A stretch of DNA of 64,000 nt, from positions 36,456,001 to 36,520,000 of the forward strand of contig OX597822.1 in NCBI GenBank assembly GCA_951406725.2, read 5' to 3'. Positions within the stretch are counted from its first letter, which is position 1; every line of letters begins with the position of its first letter. The notes beneath the pieces are model-generated. The model saw only the letters and a program-made list of their open reading frames with translations, was not told where the DNA came from and ran no database searches. Positions 63,424-64,000 of the stretch are shown here, one piece after another. The DNA comes from Octopus vulgaris. Its lineage: Eukaryota. The position numbers were made by a program, and so were the translations under genes.

Positions 63424-64000
63424 GTATATACAAATACATATATATTTAAGTGTGTGTGTATGTTTATATACACACATTCATATATATTTGTACACACACA
63501 TTGGGGGTTATCTGTTCGGATGAACATGGTTTGGTCACTTAGAACAAAGAACACAAGCTGTTGGGGTTGAGTGTTGATATGTTTTGTCAAAAACAAGGAA
63601 ATGAATGAATTGGATGCCTATCACAATGCTCTGATATGGTCTCAATCAAAGCAAAATATCTTTTCTTGGACTCATTGCTTTTAATAAAATACACACACAC
63701 ACAAACAGATGATTCTTGAATAAGGAACAGAAGAGGTTTATAACACTGGGAGTTGGTTATTATTCTTAGCAGGGTGACTAATCACAAAGAGAATCTCTTG
63801 CTGGCTAGATTATTGACCCATTGATCATTAAGTTGTTGTTCTTGTTCACTGAATAATAGGATTCCATTGATCCCAACAGATCAGATACGTTTCACATAAG
63901 TCCAACTCTGATAATGTACTCCATTTAATAAGACCTGATTTGAACCACCTAACTGATTTTACTAAAACTGGATATGTATTACTGTACACCTTTAAGCTTT

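Noticed and set aside
42964-64000. First coding exon and promoter of GBF1 (expected IxQGE...RW motif)
   Set aside because: Not found by eye on the minus strand; probably beyond the window, though a miss cannot be excluded without TBLASTN.

Overview
Eukaryotic, AT-rich, repeat-dense DNA, very probably from an Octopus genome (inferred from the SINE and RTE families). The window holds the 5' half of GBF1, a large Sec7-domain ARF-GEF, on the minus strand. I traced 19 coding exons by hand from 42963 down to 861. All splice phases are consistent, giving 2940 nt (980 codons) that cover DCB, a long disordered linker, HUS and the whole Sec7 domain. I did not find the first coding exon, which is probably beyond 64000, and the gene continues past position 1. 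One intron is GC-AG. An 18-nt candidate microexon with an upstream UGC motif lies at 25244-25261. The introns carry tRNA-derived SINEs, RTE 3' tails containing tandem hairpin+pseudoknot units, Helitron-like elements, MITEs, mariner remnants and Penelope-type hammerhead vestiges. A nested cluster at 49.3-57.1 kb consists of a CR1-type LINE interrupted by an AcademX transposon (itself carrying an RTE tail) and by a maT/Tc1-mariner element. Family names come from remembered motifs, not database searches.
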